This document shows, one piece after another, positions 1-14,097 of a stretch of DNA of 64,000 nt. Position numbers and translations under genes: made by a program. How positions within the stretch are numbered: position 1 is the stretch's first letter; every line of letters begins with the position of its first letter. The notes under the pieces are model-generated. The model was not told the origin of the DNA. It was given only the letters and a program-made list of their open reading frames with translations, and did no database searches. Location: contig OX597830.1 in NCBI GenBank assembly GCA_951406725.2, forward strand, positions 12,090,001-12,154,000, written 5' to 3'. The DNA is from Octopus vulgaris. Taxonomy: Eukaryota.

Positions 1-633
1 TATATATATGTATATATATATATGTATGTTTGTATGTATATATATTCATATATGGTGTGTGTGTGTGTGTGCATGTCAGGTCACTCCTTAGTACTGCAGG
101 TAACACGTAACCCAATGCAATTTACCAATGAGTGGATGAAGTCAGTTGAGTCAGTTGCAGTCCAACAGGTGAGAGGGAGAACTCAGATGTAACACCTGTA
201 ATTTCATTTGCATCAAATGATGTTCGCTAGTTCTTCTTTTTTTAGGCAAATGCAATACATTGCTTAGAGAGTTGTATTGGCCCTGTGCAAGGCCTTTCCT
301 CACTTCAAAATGTTTCAGCATTTTGAAAGTCTCCATTAACATCTCTATTAAGTGTTGCATGCTATGACTAGACATAGCTGAGGAAGCAAACCACTCAAGG
401 AAAAATTCCATGATGGAATAAAGGTGTGTGTCAGCACAGGTGCTTAGCTCACTGAACATCTGCTGTAAGAGGTGCCCATCATTTCCACATCAAAGTGTAT
501 CGGTCTCTAGCAGGACTGAAAAGCTATATCCTTGCTGCACAGGTTTATGAGAACAATCAAGCCATGGCATTGCTCAAAATTGAGTCGCAGACACATCGTG
601 TGTGTGTATGTGTGTAATATCTCTCTCTCTCTC

Positions 634-664
<31 letters not shown>

Positions 665-869
665 TTGTTTCATTACTATTTACATGTGTGCATGTATATG
701 TGTTCCACATGCATACGTGCTTGTGTGCATATGTTCCCCACTGAGACCTCAAATAGAGAATCCCAAAATGATTTGCAGCTTCTTACTGTTCCTCTGTCTG
801 ATGATAGCATTGTGGTTGATGCCCCCAGATGAGTAGTGGACTGGTCCACTACAAATAAATAGTGGATGG

Positions 870-2100
870 ACACAGCCAGTAATGTCGTTCGGCAAAGGTA
901 CACCATTTGAACCTGCGATACATCAGATAGTATCTGAAGAATATGAGTCAGTTTGCTCTGTTCTAATTTGCAGAACCCAAGCATTTCTTTCTGTGTCCTA
1001 GATTTAAGAGCTGTAGGCTTCTCATCAGTTCTCTTTAGATGTTCTACTTTTCCTGAATTTTTGAAGAGTATTCACATCTACTGGGCAGCTGATCTCTATA
1101 ATGATGCATGATTTTTACTTCTTATCCCTTACAAACATATTTAGCCCATTGTGCTTACACCAGATTGCTACTTGTATTGGAATCCTCCATAGAATTCTTT
1201 ATTTCTAAAGATGTTGATACTCTCTGATTCTAGTGTGCCTTTCGTATGGCCATTAAAACAATTCTTTCTTGTGGATAGCATTGTAAACTAAAATTGCTGA
1301 TGATATCATGTTGCTTAGGGAGGTAGTATGTTGTAGATATTTTTGGGCTTCTACTGGTGTGATGAATGATATCTTCCACACTAGTTTGGCATAATTGGCA
1401 CTTTCTGTCACAGCATGCATGTTTGAAGGCATCCACATCTCTTTTGTTGATTAGGTATTTAGTAGCTATCACCTCTTCAGGCATACCAAAAAACATAACC
1501 TTTTAAATGAGATGTGTTTTACATGAGACAGGTCCAGGAGAGGCTACTATTCTTGTTAATGCTGCTAGAATATTTCAGCCTGTGTGCCATGTACCTACGT
1601 ATAACTTTCTGCTGAGAGGTAATACTTATTCCCACTTAAACGTAGATGTTCTGTTGGAACAAGCTATACTGCAGCAGATGTCATGAGGAAAACTCTCACA
1701 TTGGCCTTTGGTGTAAAATGCACTCTTGTTTATATCACTTAGTAGGGAAATAAATTTCTGCCACTTCCAGATCACATGATTTTGACCTTCCTTGGTCTTG
1801 TCAATGATGGAAGCTTGACTGCTAGAAATAGCAGCGGCTCATCTCTCCACCAACAATATATAGAATAACACTTGTCAGAATAGGTGCTGGCATCTCGATT
1901 AGCCATTGAGCTTGTTAAAAAATATGTATTAGTGATAGAGGTGGCATTAATACCAACAAGTAATATTTATCCCCACTTAAACATGGATGTTCTGTTGGAA
2001 CAAACTATACTGTTGTAGATACCACGAGAGAAACTCTCACATTGGCTTTCAGTGCAAAATGTCAATATATTTCTTTTAACTTTCTGCTGGTATAGTGAGT
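870..2100 (-). mobile_element. Degraded RLE-type (R4/Dong-like) non-LTR retrotransposon fragments
   Basis: Minus-strand peptide KCQLCQTSVEDIIHHTSRSPKISTTYYLPKQHD resembles the CCHC knuckle before the restriction-like endonuclease. Many stops; a ~100-bp diverged repeat at ~1620-1720 and ~1960-2060. Boundaries approximate. Confidence 0.55.
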
Positions 2101-2120
2101 ATTTCGCTTCTATCTTTGTT

Positions 2121-2342
2121 CCCTTTAGTGTTTGCATTATTCTACCAAAATTAATGCTTCTTCATCTACATTGTTTTGAACTAATCAGGCATTAATCTTG
2201 TAACTATGAGAATTTGGTGAGATAGCTGTTAATTTTTAAAACGATATTGTAGGGTTGGTGTGAGAGACCAGATCTGGCCAGTTTGAACATAAAACAGGCA
2301 GAATACTTTTGGCCGGATATGGCCGGTTTAAATGCTAATGGG
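2121..2342. mobile_element. piggyBac-type MITE (degenerate left end)
   Basis: Starts ccctttag and ends ctaatggg followed by TTAA; non-coding, ~220 bp. Confidence 0.55.
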
Positions 2343-2879
2343 TTAATTAGGTCAGTTCAGTCACCCTTAGTTCACATAAATACATTAATTTTTCCTTTCA
2401 TTGTATAGTAAATGTTGTCTCCGTGACAGAATGCGATACTGAAAGGCAGTGGTGACTGATCTTATCCCACCGTTTAACACCGATCCTGTCAGTGTCAGTG
2501 TTGATGTAGGAGTTACATTTCATTTTTAGTATCTTCTAGTTTTCATGTCCAAGCTGCAAGTTTTTTTCAAGTGTCTTGTCTAGTATCCCCATGGGCACTG
2601 CAAAAACATTGTGGGGTATAGTTTCATTGATTGCGATCAGTTCGAATCATTTAAAGTGTACTGAAATGTTCTTTTGCTACTCCTTTTATTCACTGTACCA
2701 ACGTATGCAATATTCACGTCTGTTCTAAGGTACTTTTTACAGTCATCACTGGTGATAAAGGAGACAGACAGGCCATTGATATTCCATATTTTTTGTTTTG
2801 AGGGCAATCTTTTCTCATTTGTGTCTGCATTGTGTGACCCTTCTGTCTGGCACCCATCGCCATGATTGATCATTAGCCA

Positions 2880-3060
2880 CTACACACATTTTTTCTCTCT
2901 CCTAGTTTCTCTCTTTATTTTTTTCTGTGTCCCTTTCTGTAGAAGAGCATAGGCTCAAAATGTAAAAGACTTTTTCTATTCCTGAGCGTTATACTAATAC
3001 ATCTGTTTGTTTTGTACACCACCTGTCTTCATCTTCTGTTTTTTTGTAAAATCTCCCTTT
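2880..3060 (+). mobile_element. Penelope-type terminal-repeat-like fragment with hammerhead-like motif
   Basis: Shares tcctgagcgt and a gaagagc..gctc(g)aaa(c)gt motif with the reverse strand of the 17030-17220 element. Confidence 0.4.
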
Positions 3061-3493
3061 ATATATATATATGTATATGCTTGTACGTGTGCATATGAGA
3101 GACTGTCCTGTAGGGGTTGATGTATGAGTATCCAACAACCTACACTTTGTTTCTCAGTCATAATGCTTATGTGACATTTGAGTTCCACTAACAATTTGCA
3201 AAGCAGCCCACAGTTGTCACAAGTATGAGGATAAATTAAGTACCAGTTACGCACTGGGGTCGGTATAATCGACTTAATCCGTCTGTCTGTCCTTGTTTGT
3301 CCCCTCTGTGTTTAGCCCCTTGTGGGTAGTAAAGAAATAAGTATATTTGCAGCCACTGTTTTCCTTTGTTTTGTACCCTCTAAGCCTGTTAATACTGGTT
3401 GAAACATGCATGTATGCATGTATGTATGTATGCATGCATGTATGTATGTATATACGTATGTATGTATGTACGTATGTATGTAAGTATGTATGT

Positions 3494-3947
3494 CTCAAAT
3501 GTAAGGAGGGATGTCAGGAAGGGCATCGCTGTTACACTTCCAGATGGGAAGAGTCTTCCTTTGATGCTGACATGCAATGTCTGTGCAAGACCCTGCCTCA
3601 GTAAAGCTGGACTCAAGAGTCATTTTTGTAGTCATAAAGCGAGACAGATGAGTGACAACCTGGCCACTGGTGGTGGTGTAACACACCATACTAATCATAT
3701 CTATCGGGCATGTGGAAGAGAGTGTAATTCGGCAGGAGGACTTAAATGACATGCAAAGGTACATGAAGCCCAGTTACAACTACAGCCGGCTATTACCAGT
3801 AAAGGTTTTAGTTGCCAATTCTGTACAAGACATTGTAGATCTTTAGCCTGGGCTAAAAAGTCACATTCGATCACAGCACCAATAACAGTTAAGTTTCGTG
3901 CAATGGCCTCACTCGATAACGAGGGGGCAGCCATAATAAAAAAAAAA
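3494..3947 (+). mobile_element. 5'-truncated LINE 3' end (RTE-like) encoding three C2H2-type zinc fingers and ending in a poly-A tail
   Basis: Fingers CNVCARPCLSKAGLKSHFCSH, (C)RACGRECNSAGGLK(R)HAKVH and CQFCTRHCRSL(AGLKSHIRSQH after a frameshift). Followed by a short 3' UTR and an A-tail; inserted in a (TATG)n tract. Confidence 0.6.
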
Positions 3948-5670
3948 GTATGCATGTATGTATGTTCTTTTGTTCCATTACTTTTATTTTAAGCTTTCCC
4001 TTTGCAGAATTGAAGCCAGTTACTAACAATGTGGCAAAACTCTTTTGTTGAAGTCATGATAGTTCTTTGTGCTCGTGGTTACCTAACTTGGATGATGTAT
4101 GCATATATACATGTATATGTTGTGTGTGTGTGTGTGCGTGTGTGTGTGTGTGGTTTACTCACACTACTAACATATGCAATATTTTTCATCAATACTGAGG
4201 TATTTGTGACATTTATTACTGATGATACGTGAGACAGATAGGCCATTCGTATCCATTTTCTTAGTCTGGTTAACAATTTCTCCTTATTTAACTATCAAAT
4301 TACGTATGTTTGTGTGTGTGTGTGTGGGGATGTATGCATTCATATATGTATGTTTGTACATATGAATATTATAGAATTATTTACAAATAAGTGTTATGAA
4401 TTCCATTCAAAGTTCAAATTTGGTCAGGGACAATATATATTTCTAGAAAAAAGAATATCTTGCATTTTTTTTGGGTTTCATATGTTAATAACTCGTCTTT
4501 GAGTTCAGGCATGAAATATGTATATCTCTCTGTACACATGTATGGGGATGTTGAATTTAATATGCCATCGGATCTCTAGGGTGCCACTGAAGAATTCCCA
4601 TACAGTACAAAGAGTCTTCCTTTGATGCTGACATGCAATGTCTGTGCAAGACCCTGCCTCAGTAAAGCTGGACTCAAGAGTCATTTTTGTAGTCATAAAG
4701 CGAGACAGATGAGTGACAACCTGGCCACTGGTGGTGGTGTAACACACCATACTAATCATATCTGTCAGGCATGTGGAAGAGAGTGTAATTCAGCAGGAGG
4801 ACTTAAACAACATGCAAAGGTACATGAAGCCCAGTTACAACTACAGCCGGCTATTACCAGTAAAGATTTTAGTTGCCAATTCTGTACAAGACATTGTAGA
4901 TCTTTAGACTGGGATAAAAAGTCACATTCGATCACAGCACCAATAACAGTTAAGTTTCATGCAATGGCCACACTCGATAACGAGGGGGCAGCCATAATAA
5001 AAAAAAAAGTATGCATGTATGTATGTTCTTTTGTTCCATTACTTTTATTTTAAGCTTTCCCTTTGCAGAATTGAAGCCAGTTACTAACAATGTGGCAAAA
5101 CTCTTTTGTTGAAGTCATGATAGTTCTTTGTGCTCGTGGTTACCTAACTTGGATGATGTATGCATATATACATGTATATGTTGTGTGTGTGTGTGTGCGT
5201 GTGTGTGTGTGTGGTTTACTCACACTACTAACATATGCAATATTTTTCATCAATACTGAGGTATTTGTGACATTTATTACTGATGATACGTGAGACAGAT
5301 AGGCCATTCGTATCCATTTTCTTAGTCTGGTTAACAATTTCTCCTTATTTAACTATCAAATTACGTATGTTTGTGTGTGTGTGTGTGGGGATGTATGCAT
5401 TCATATATGTATGTTTGTACATATGAATATTATAGAATTATTTACAAATAAGTGTTATGAATTCCATTCAAAGTTCAAATTTGGTCAGGGACAATATATA
5501 TTTCTAGAAAAAAGAATATCTTGCATTTTTTTTGGGTTTCATATGTTAATAACTCGTCTTTGAGTTCAGGCATGAAATATGTATATCTCTCTGTACACAT
5601 GTATGGGGATGTTGAATTTAATATGCCATCGGATCTCTAGGGTGCCACTGAAGAATTCCCATACAGTACA
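3549..5670 (+). repeat. Tandem duplication, 2 x 1061 bp (3549-4609 and 4610-5670)
   Basis: Direct sequence identity at a constant 1061 offset; ORFs 4029/5090, 4079/5140 and 4314/5375 are identical in pairs. Confidence 0.97.
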
Positions 5671-8212
5671 TTAAGAGTCATTCATCTTACCTGTTTCTCT
5701 TCTATCTCCAAGCTGTAAAGGCTGGAGGTGGTGAACTTGGCACCACAAACAAAAGAAAAGTTGTCAATTCATTCTGCTACAGTTGCTAATAACTACAACT
5801 CTGTAAAATTGGTAAGTTGGTTTAAACATGAGGTAGTTACTTGCAGGTTAAGCGTTGAACCAATTAAAAATTAAATATTTTTCCTGCATTTTAGTGGCAG
5901 GATACCCCCTGACTAATTGTTTGATTTTTTATACACAGACCTACCAGTGCTCTTCATATAGCTTACATAGATCTTACTTTGTATGTAGTGCCTCAATAAA
6001 TTTCTGTTGAGCTGATATGAGAAGTATGTTGCTTACCCACAGCTGCTTGCAAGTGCCATTTCAAATATAGAGGTATTGCTGCAATTTGATATGTCTTCTA
6101 ACAGAAATTATCTCAAAGACTGCTATTTTTTTTTTATACAGAAGGGATAGTATTAATGTCAGTTTGGGCATACATTCTGTAAATTGTTTCATGTTACCCC
6201 GAAATAAAGCTACTTTACTCTAACAGTCTAAATATGTTATTATTTTAGTTGAGTGTACCAATGAACAATAATTTTACAAGTAGTTTTAATGTTGCTTAAC
6301 CTATTATCTTCATAATTGTAGCTATTTTTCAATGTTGAGTTCATCTTGTTCCCTTTTTGTTGGCTGTTTTGCTCGTGGAGCATCCATCTAGAAGTCCCAG
6401 TTATTTACTTTGTTATCAGTAAACTGATTGAAGTGGAGAGAAAAGACTGAATAAAGATGATGTTAGCAGGAGACTGGAATAAAGTAGATGAGGAGAGATG
6501 AGAGTGTTTAGTAGTATATTGAATGAAAGTAACTTTTGCCGCTTATCAACAAATGGTTTATAATTCAAAGAAGCATGCGAAATATAAATTGGCATCTTAA
6601 GAATTATTGAATTTATTATATTATATTGTTTCAATGGGAACAAATGTGAAGCAATTTTACTACACATAGCTAACATATTCAACTGACCAGAGAATTTGAG
6701 ATGTACTTATGTATGATGTGGGTCATAATTGTAGGAAACTAGCAACTATAAGAATTTGCTTTTTATTGATGTTTCAATGAATAAAACTGGGTTTACATTT
6801 TATTTCAAAGACAAATTAAGTATTCAATTTATTATTTTAATAATCTTTTTTTTAAATAAGTAGGCAAATTATCAAGAAAAATGTTTCTTTTATAGCTTTA
6901 AATGCTGTTTCAGGTCATTCAGTTTTTTTTACAAAGTTCATATTCTATGTGTTAAAAAATAATGTTTATTTTCATATATTTTGTATTTTAGCCTTTCATA
7001 CATCAAATAGAATTATAACTAGTATTGAAGAAGTCTGTAGATAAATCAAATTGATATTATAGTAAATATAAATAATCCAGTTAATAATGGGGTCACTTAT
7101 GTTGTTTTGTTATTTCCCATTTTGAGAAAAACGGATTTGTACTCTTTAAATCAAACATTTTTTTTGTTTTGATAACATCTACAAATGTGCCATAATTAAG
7201 TATTAAAATTTATATCTAACAGATTTTTAACTGATTGTTTATTAATGACTATAATTTCATCAGGTTTTACTTAATTGGCAAAGTTTGCTGATCTATCTTT
7301 AATTTCTTTTATTATTGAAGAAAACATCCAATCCAAATGCAACTTTATTTTATTTCCTTGTCACACACACACACTTACACTCATGCACAAAAACTCACAC
7401 ATACAAACATAACCCCTTTTCCTATATCTGAAGTATAGGCCTATTTATACAACTGTCAGGCTGCCCAGCCCACTGATACTACTATAGTAACTTGGCTTCC
7501 AATTTGTCCATTATTCTATCGTGCATCAAACAGGAATGGGTGCATAAACCACCAAGTGGGTGAGCCATGATTGATAATACAAGCAGTATTAACTGCAGGT
7601 GAGTCCTTGTCCGTGTTTCTGAACTCAATCAACCTACCATCAGCCATATGCCTGCATGTTGTTCTCCTGCCAGCTGTTATCTACTGCTGCTGTTGCTACC
7701 ATCACCATATTGCCAAAGTCACCTATTAGCTTCAGCTGTTAGTTGCATGAAAATGCACCAATATATCTCTATGGGATAAAGTGTTACGGCTATATTTTTT
7801 AAAGTTCAAAAGAAAAATAGCTCTTTTATGGTGTTGGGAAAACTTCAGTTTCCACAAGCTAATAAATTTTGCTTATTTGATAAGGTTACATGCTTTTTGG
7901 AGGTTCTTTTATTAAATTAATTTCAATGTTTTTTTTTTTTAATTAAAATATATATATATTTATTTATAATATAAATTTGGAAATACAGATTATTGAAATT
8001 TAGTCATATATTTTAATGAAAAATTTAATATATTTTATAAAAGGATTACTAATTTTGAAATTACACAAAGAAAAATTACCTGTAGTTTTTCATGCATTTT
8101 TATAACTATAATTATAAATAGAATTATAGAATCATTTACAGTATCGAAGTAGAATTTTATAGAATTTAAGTTATAGGTTACTTGACACTATTTGAGGCTA
8201 ATATGTAAATGT

Positions 8213-8611
8213 GCGCAGGAGTAGCTGTGTGGTAAGTAGCTTGCTTACCAACTACATGGTTCCGGGTTCAATTCCACTGCGTGGCATCTTGGGCAAGTGT
8301 CTTCTGCTATAGCCTCGGGCTGACCAATGCCTTGTAAGTGGATTTGGTAGACAGAAACTGAAGGAAGCCCGTCGTATATATATATATATATGTATGTGTG
8401 TGTATATGTTTGTGTGTCTGTGTTTGTCCCCCTAGCATTGCTTGACAACTGATGCTGGTGTGTTTACGTCCTCGTCACTTAGCGGTTCGGCAAAAGAGAC
8501 CGATAGGATAAGTACTGGGCTTACAAAGAATAAGTCCCGGGGTCGATTTGCTCGACTAAAGGCAGTGCTCCAGCATGGCCGCAGTCAAATGACTGAAACA
8601 AGTAAAAGAGT
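8213..8611 (+). mobile_element. tRNA-derived SINE, family A (~400 bp, internal (TA)/(TG) tract)
   Basis: Head gcgcaggagt.gctgtgtggtaag...ggttccgggttca (pol III A/B-box-like), tail gactgaaacaagtaaaagag; many copies in the window. Confidence 0.9.
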
Positions 8612-9807
8612 ATATAAAGCTCATTAGAGTTATAGCGAAAGATGTATAAGAAGTTGAGAATTTAAATTTTCCCATGTAGTTAATAGAAATAAAATAGTTG
8701 AGTAAGTCTTTGAAATCCGTCTCTTGCTTTTAAAAATATTTTATATGGTTTTCATTTCAGTTTATAAAAATAGTTTACCTGTGGATATTCATTTTTAATT
8801 CTGAAATTGCTTTTTGATATTTATTTTGATTAATTGTATGGAAAAAAAATGCATTAAATATAAACTTCTTCAAATATTAAGAATTGAAAAGATTCCATAT
8901 GTGGTTGAAACACAAGATTGATATTTGAAGATTTCTTTAATAATTTGTAGTTAAATAAGCAAATATTTTAACACTTGTGGAAATACTATTTTCTCAAGAT
9001 ATTCCTACCCTTATCCCTACCTGTTGTCTAATTTTCATTGAGATATAATTTTTTTAATCTATATAGATATTCCTTGTTTAATATATCCTAAATTACTAAT
9101 GAATCTACTTATTACCAGCAATTAAATTGGAAACCCTTGTTGTAAAATTAGATACACCTGTCACTGAAAATTACTTTCAATATTGATTAAAAGGATTGTT
9201 TTTCATAGATTATATAATTTGATTCATTTAGCATGACTTCTGAAATAATTTATTAATTTCATTTGTAAATATTTTTGAACAGTATAAAATACTTCATTTT
9301 CCAGGCTCTTTCTAATCAATGAATTATTTTTTTAAAAAAGCATCCAATCATCGTCTGAGTTTCCAACTTTTTAGAAGTATATTAATAAATTATTATCATA
9401 TAATTCTTTTAAAAGAGAAATTTAATAAACCCATCAATATTAGTAATATTTTAATCCAGTGTTTTGCTTAAGAGTTTAATTTAATCAGAGAATTTTTATG
9501 GAATATATATTTTCATTAACTGGATACTGGTAATATTTTACAATAGAATTCGCTTTTAATTATAACGTTCTATACTTAAACTTTATGTTAATGCAATTTG
9601 AACAGGTATTAGAAAATTATATAATTGGAAAATCAAGTTAAAATTTTGTATTTTGTTTTCCTTGATTCATACTTAATTGCAGTTTATTGCTTATATTTAC
9701 AGTACGAAATATATCTCACCTCTCCCTTGTTTTTTCAAATCTTCAAAATTGATTTTTATAATTATTTTTGTATCATCTACCTTTCTTGTCTATTAAATTG
9801 CTTACTA

Positions 9808-9943
<136 letters not shown>

Positions 9944-10857
9944 ATATTCAATTATTAAGGTGGAATAATTTAAAACGTTAATTAACATATTTATTGGTAC
10001 CCGCTTTATATATCTATGCATCCTGTATTATGTGATTTAGAATAGAATTTACTAACCATCAACTTACAGGTTTGTTCAGACATATTAAATGTTCTTTGCC
10101 CATGATTTATGACAAGTTCATTAGCTCTTATAATTGAAATTTACATGAATTGTGAATTCGTTAATTTTCCTCAGGTTTAAATATCTATTATTATTTTACC
10201 CCCCAATAAGAATTACATTGACAAAGTTTATAATGATAATATTATAAAACCAGATGATATATAAACATAAGGAATTACAATAACGAAGTGGCTAAGTTAT
10301 TTGCCTTTTTGTATTTTTCTTCTTCAAGTCACTGATGCTGTGTTATGACATATTAAATGTACTTTGCCCATTATTTGATGACAGAGCAAGTATGAAGATA
10401 AGGAATGTGATTCTGGAATACAAAACAAAGATTTTTTTAATTTAAGAACAATTTTGAATAGTCTTAATAATTAATTGCGAAACAATAGGGAAAATGCTTT
10501 CTATGCTAAGATATTTCATCTCTTTGTTTAAAGATAGAAAATGCCGACAGCCTTTTCAAATCTTCCAACACTTGTAAATAGGCATTACTACCTGATGTTA
10601 ATATAGTTAATTTTCAGATCAAATTCTTTCAAAAGTAGTTTAGCAGAGAAACATTGTTAAGAAAGGAGTTCCAATTAGATAAAATTTGGGTTATAAATGG
10701 TTGGCCAAAGTGTTTAACCAGGCAAAAATCATTCAATTAGTTAAGTGCTCAGGATTGGGAATTAAAAAAAAACATAGATGGAAGGAAAAAAAGAGAGATA
10801 GTTGAAACGAATATGTTTAGAGATGTGTGTTAGCAACAAAATAAAGAACAAAATAAA

Positions 10858-11020
10858 GGCGCAAGAGTGGCTGTGTGGTAAGTAGCTTGCTTACCAACCA
10901 CATGGTTCTGGGTTCAGTCCCACTGCGTGGCACCTTGGGCAAGTGTCTTCTACTATAGCCTCAGGCCGACCAAAGCCTTGTGAGTGGATTTGGTAGACGG
11001 AAACTGAAAGAAGCCCGTCG

Positions 11021-11060
<40 letters not shown>

Positions 11061-11280
11061 CGTGTATGTCTGTGTGTCTGTGTTTGTCCTCCTAGCATTG
11101 CTTGACAACCGATGCTGGTGTGTTTATGTCCCCGTCACTTAGCGGTTCGGCAAAAGAGACCGATAGAATAAGTACTGGGCTTACAAAGAATAAGTCCCGG
11201 GTTCGATTTGCTCGACTAAAGGCGGTGCTCCAGCATGGCTGTAGTCAAATGACTGAAACAAGTAAAAGAGTAAAAGAGTA
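10858..11280 (+). mobile_element. SINE family A, full length
   Basis: Same head, body and (gtaaaaga)n tail as the 8213 copy. Confidence 0.92.
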
Positions 11281-13922
11281 ACAGAAATACTTTATGCAGT
11301 TTCTTAGAGATTATTGGTGACTAAGACTGGTCTGTTTGAGGATATAGCCCATAGTGTAAGTACTGTGGGTGCTCTGTTTCAGATTGTACCAATTACTTGG
11401 TGCTGAGTTGTTCTCTTGCTCTTAAAGGTAATCCAATATTTTTTTATGCTTCCTAATTATGAAATAAATATGTTGCTACATGAAAAAGTCATTAAGGATT
11501 GTAGAGTCTTGCATTTGTAGGGTTTGTGTTGGTTTTAACTGTGTGTTGTTTATGATCATAAGGGTGTGAACTGCAGACAGGTTTTCTTGCTAAATTTAGT
11601 TTTTGTTTTTTCTGAAGGTTGAATGGCAAGTTTCAATTTCAGTACAGTCTTGCAGAGAATAAGTATGTCTATCAAGAAGCACGGAACAAATGAGTAAATA
11701 AGAAATATAGACGGAGAAAGCAAAGCAATGGGTATAATTGAAATAAGATTTTCTGAGCTTAGTGTGGTCCTTAATCATTAATTTACAGGTAAAAAGAAAA
11801 ACCCCAAAAATTAAGCTGTTAGATATGCCCCAGTTGATAGGTTCCATGAACACATGTTCAAATAGCTTTTTGACAGGAGCTTTCAGTTGAGGTTTTTAGG
11901 TACAAATAGTACCCAAAGGTTACAGATTTTATTTATGAAGTTAAGGGTTCTGCTGATGTTGAAATAAAATTACTTTTGTTGAAGATTTTAAGGAGTGTAA
12001 TGTAGAATTACTTGCTAATGACTAATTCCCACTCATATGAGTTTCCCTAAGAGCTAATAGTTGTCATTTTGCTTTATACTAATTATATCTTTAATAAGCT
12101 GACAGCAGATGTCACTGTGTAAATAAGTTAGCCATGACATATAACTATGTGATTTGAAATATTAACGGTCAAGTTAAATTTATTTAGAACCCAATACAAA
12201 ATGGAAATAAAAGAATGAAAATAGAAATAATTAACAGTTTACACTTTATCTTATATTTTGATATTTGAAGGTTTAAAAAATTCTTTTGTCAAGAGAAAAT
12301 TTTGGATGATGTTGAGCTGACATCTTTTACTCAGATATAAGAGAGAGGGCATGCAACATTCACAGACTAGTATTGTTGTCATAGCCAGTATGTTTGTGTA
12401 GTTTATGTCGGTTGTTAATGAATAAAATTAATTTGGTAACGAGGATGGCCACCTTTGTCCTCAAATTACTGAGGTTCTGCACTGTTGCTTTAATAGTAAT
12501 TTTGAAGTCTTGGATAAAGCATTACTCCAGATTTATTGTAATTGATGTGTTTATCTGCACATGTTCCTTCATACAGATGTGCAATTTTGGGCAGTACTCC
12601 GAATGTAGGAACCACCATATTTATTGCAGACTATTTTGTAGTCCCTCATACACATATCCACATTGTTGATGGGGCAGATGCACAGCATGCATATATTGTT
12701 GTTGTATGTTGGACAATTTTCTGCCAAAATTTTTATCAAGGAGGATTAGAGTGTATCATCTATACATTTAATCCTTCTGTTTGGATCATCATTCTCTTGT
12801 CAAGATATGGTAATCTCAGGAAGCATGTCCCAACCCTGGAAATGTGAGCCTGCTTTTGAAGTATATTGGCAGGTCAGTATTTAGCAAAAGATGGTGAGTT
12901 GCCTTGTCTAAACTACACTACATTGTTAGTTGAATTAGACTCAAATTTGTTAGTAGGTACCCAACCACTTTTACTGAGTCTTTTGGTGTTTAAACATCCA
13001 GCTACAAGAAGTTTTTCCAGTGGACACTAAAAGAATTTTCTTACTAAAGAGCATATGCAAAAAGAATAGACCACAAGATATATGTACCATATCTCTATTC
13101 ATTTCTGCATCTTATACAAATAATTGCTGCATAACATTACATTCCTTAAGAGCTCAGAGCAACCTAGACTCAGGAAAAGTCTATTCAAGTTAAAAGACTT
13201 TAAGCTTGCTCTTAAACATTTGCTTTGGTGCTTTTTACACTGCAGAAGTCAACAATTTTATTTCCATATAAGTAGAATTCATCATTTCTTCAAGACCAAA
13301 ATTCCTTCTAAAATGTTCCTTAAATTATTTACATGATCAACGTATTTGAAGGTGAAGAAGGATCATACATTATGTATTAATGGTGGTGGTGGTGGTTGTA
13401 GTGATGACAACGAGAGCAATCATGATAAGGATAAATATAGCTTTGGAAAAATATCTGTTAAAATCGAACTGCACTCTTCAAAACATGCACTAAGAATAAA
13501 CACTAGGTAAAATTACTACCTGCTTTTATAGCAATTTGATGCAGGTAGTTTATCCCATCCCCCTCTGACTTTTAGTTCATGCAATTGATAAAATCGCATT
13601 ATTTATAGGATGACCCAATACACACACACATGATATATATCATCAACAAAGGGTTTAAACTCAGGCGTATTCTCATAAAGCACTTCTTTGAATACTGGCT
13701 ATCAACTTTATTTCTGTTGATGATTTGTTGATAAGAAAGAAACTATCCATAGCAGCTGGAATTCCAGGCCAAATATATGTCAGTTGCAGGGTATGAATAT
13801 ATTAATTCAGAGATTGGAGTTTATAGTATTATCCTTAATTTTATAGTTTATAATTGTTACCATACATCATGGAAAATACATTTCATGAATATGAATATTA
13901 ATATTAATATAATGTATTTGTC

Positions 13923-14097
<175 letters not shown>

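Noticed and set aside
4622-5053. Functional host C2H2 zinc-finger gene
   Set aside because: 5'-truncated by the duplication junction, third finger frameshifted, and ends in a retrotransposon-like A-tail.
7460-7598. Possible exon ending at a strong CAG|GTGAGT donor
   Set aside because: Weak acceptor and no PCBP-like peptide; unsupported without transcripts.
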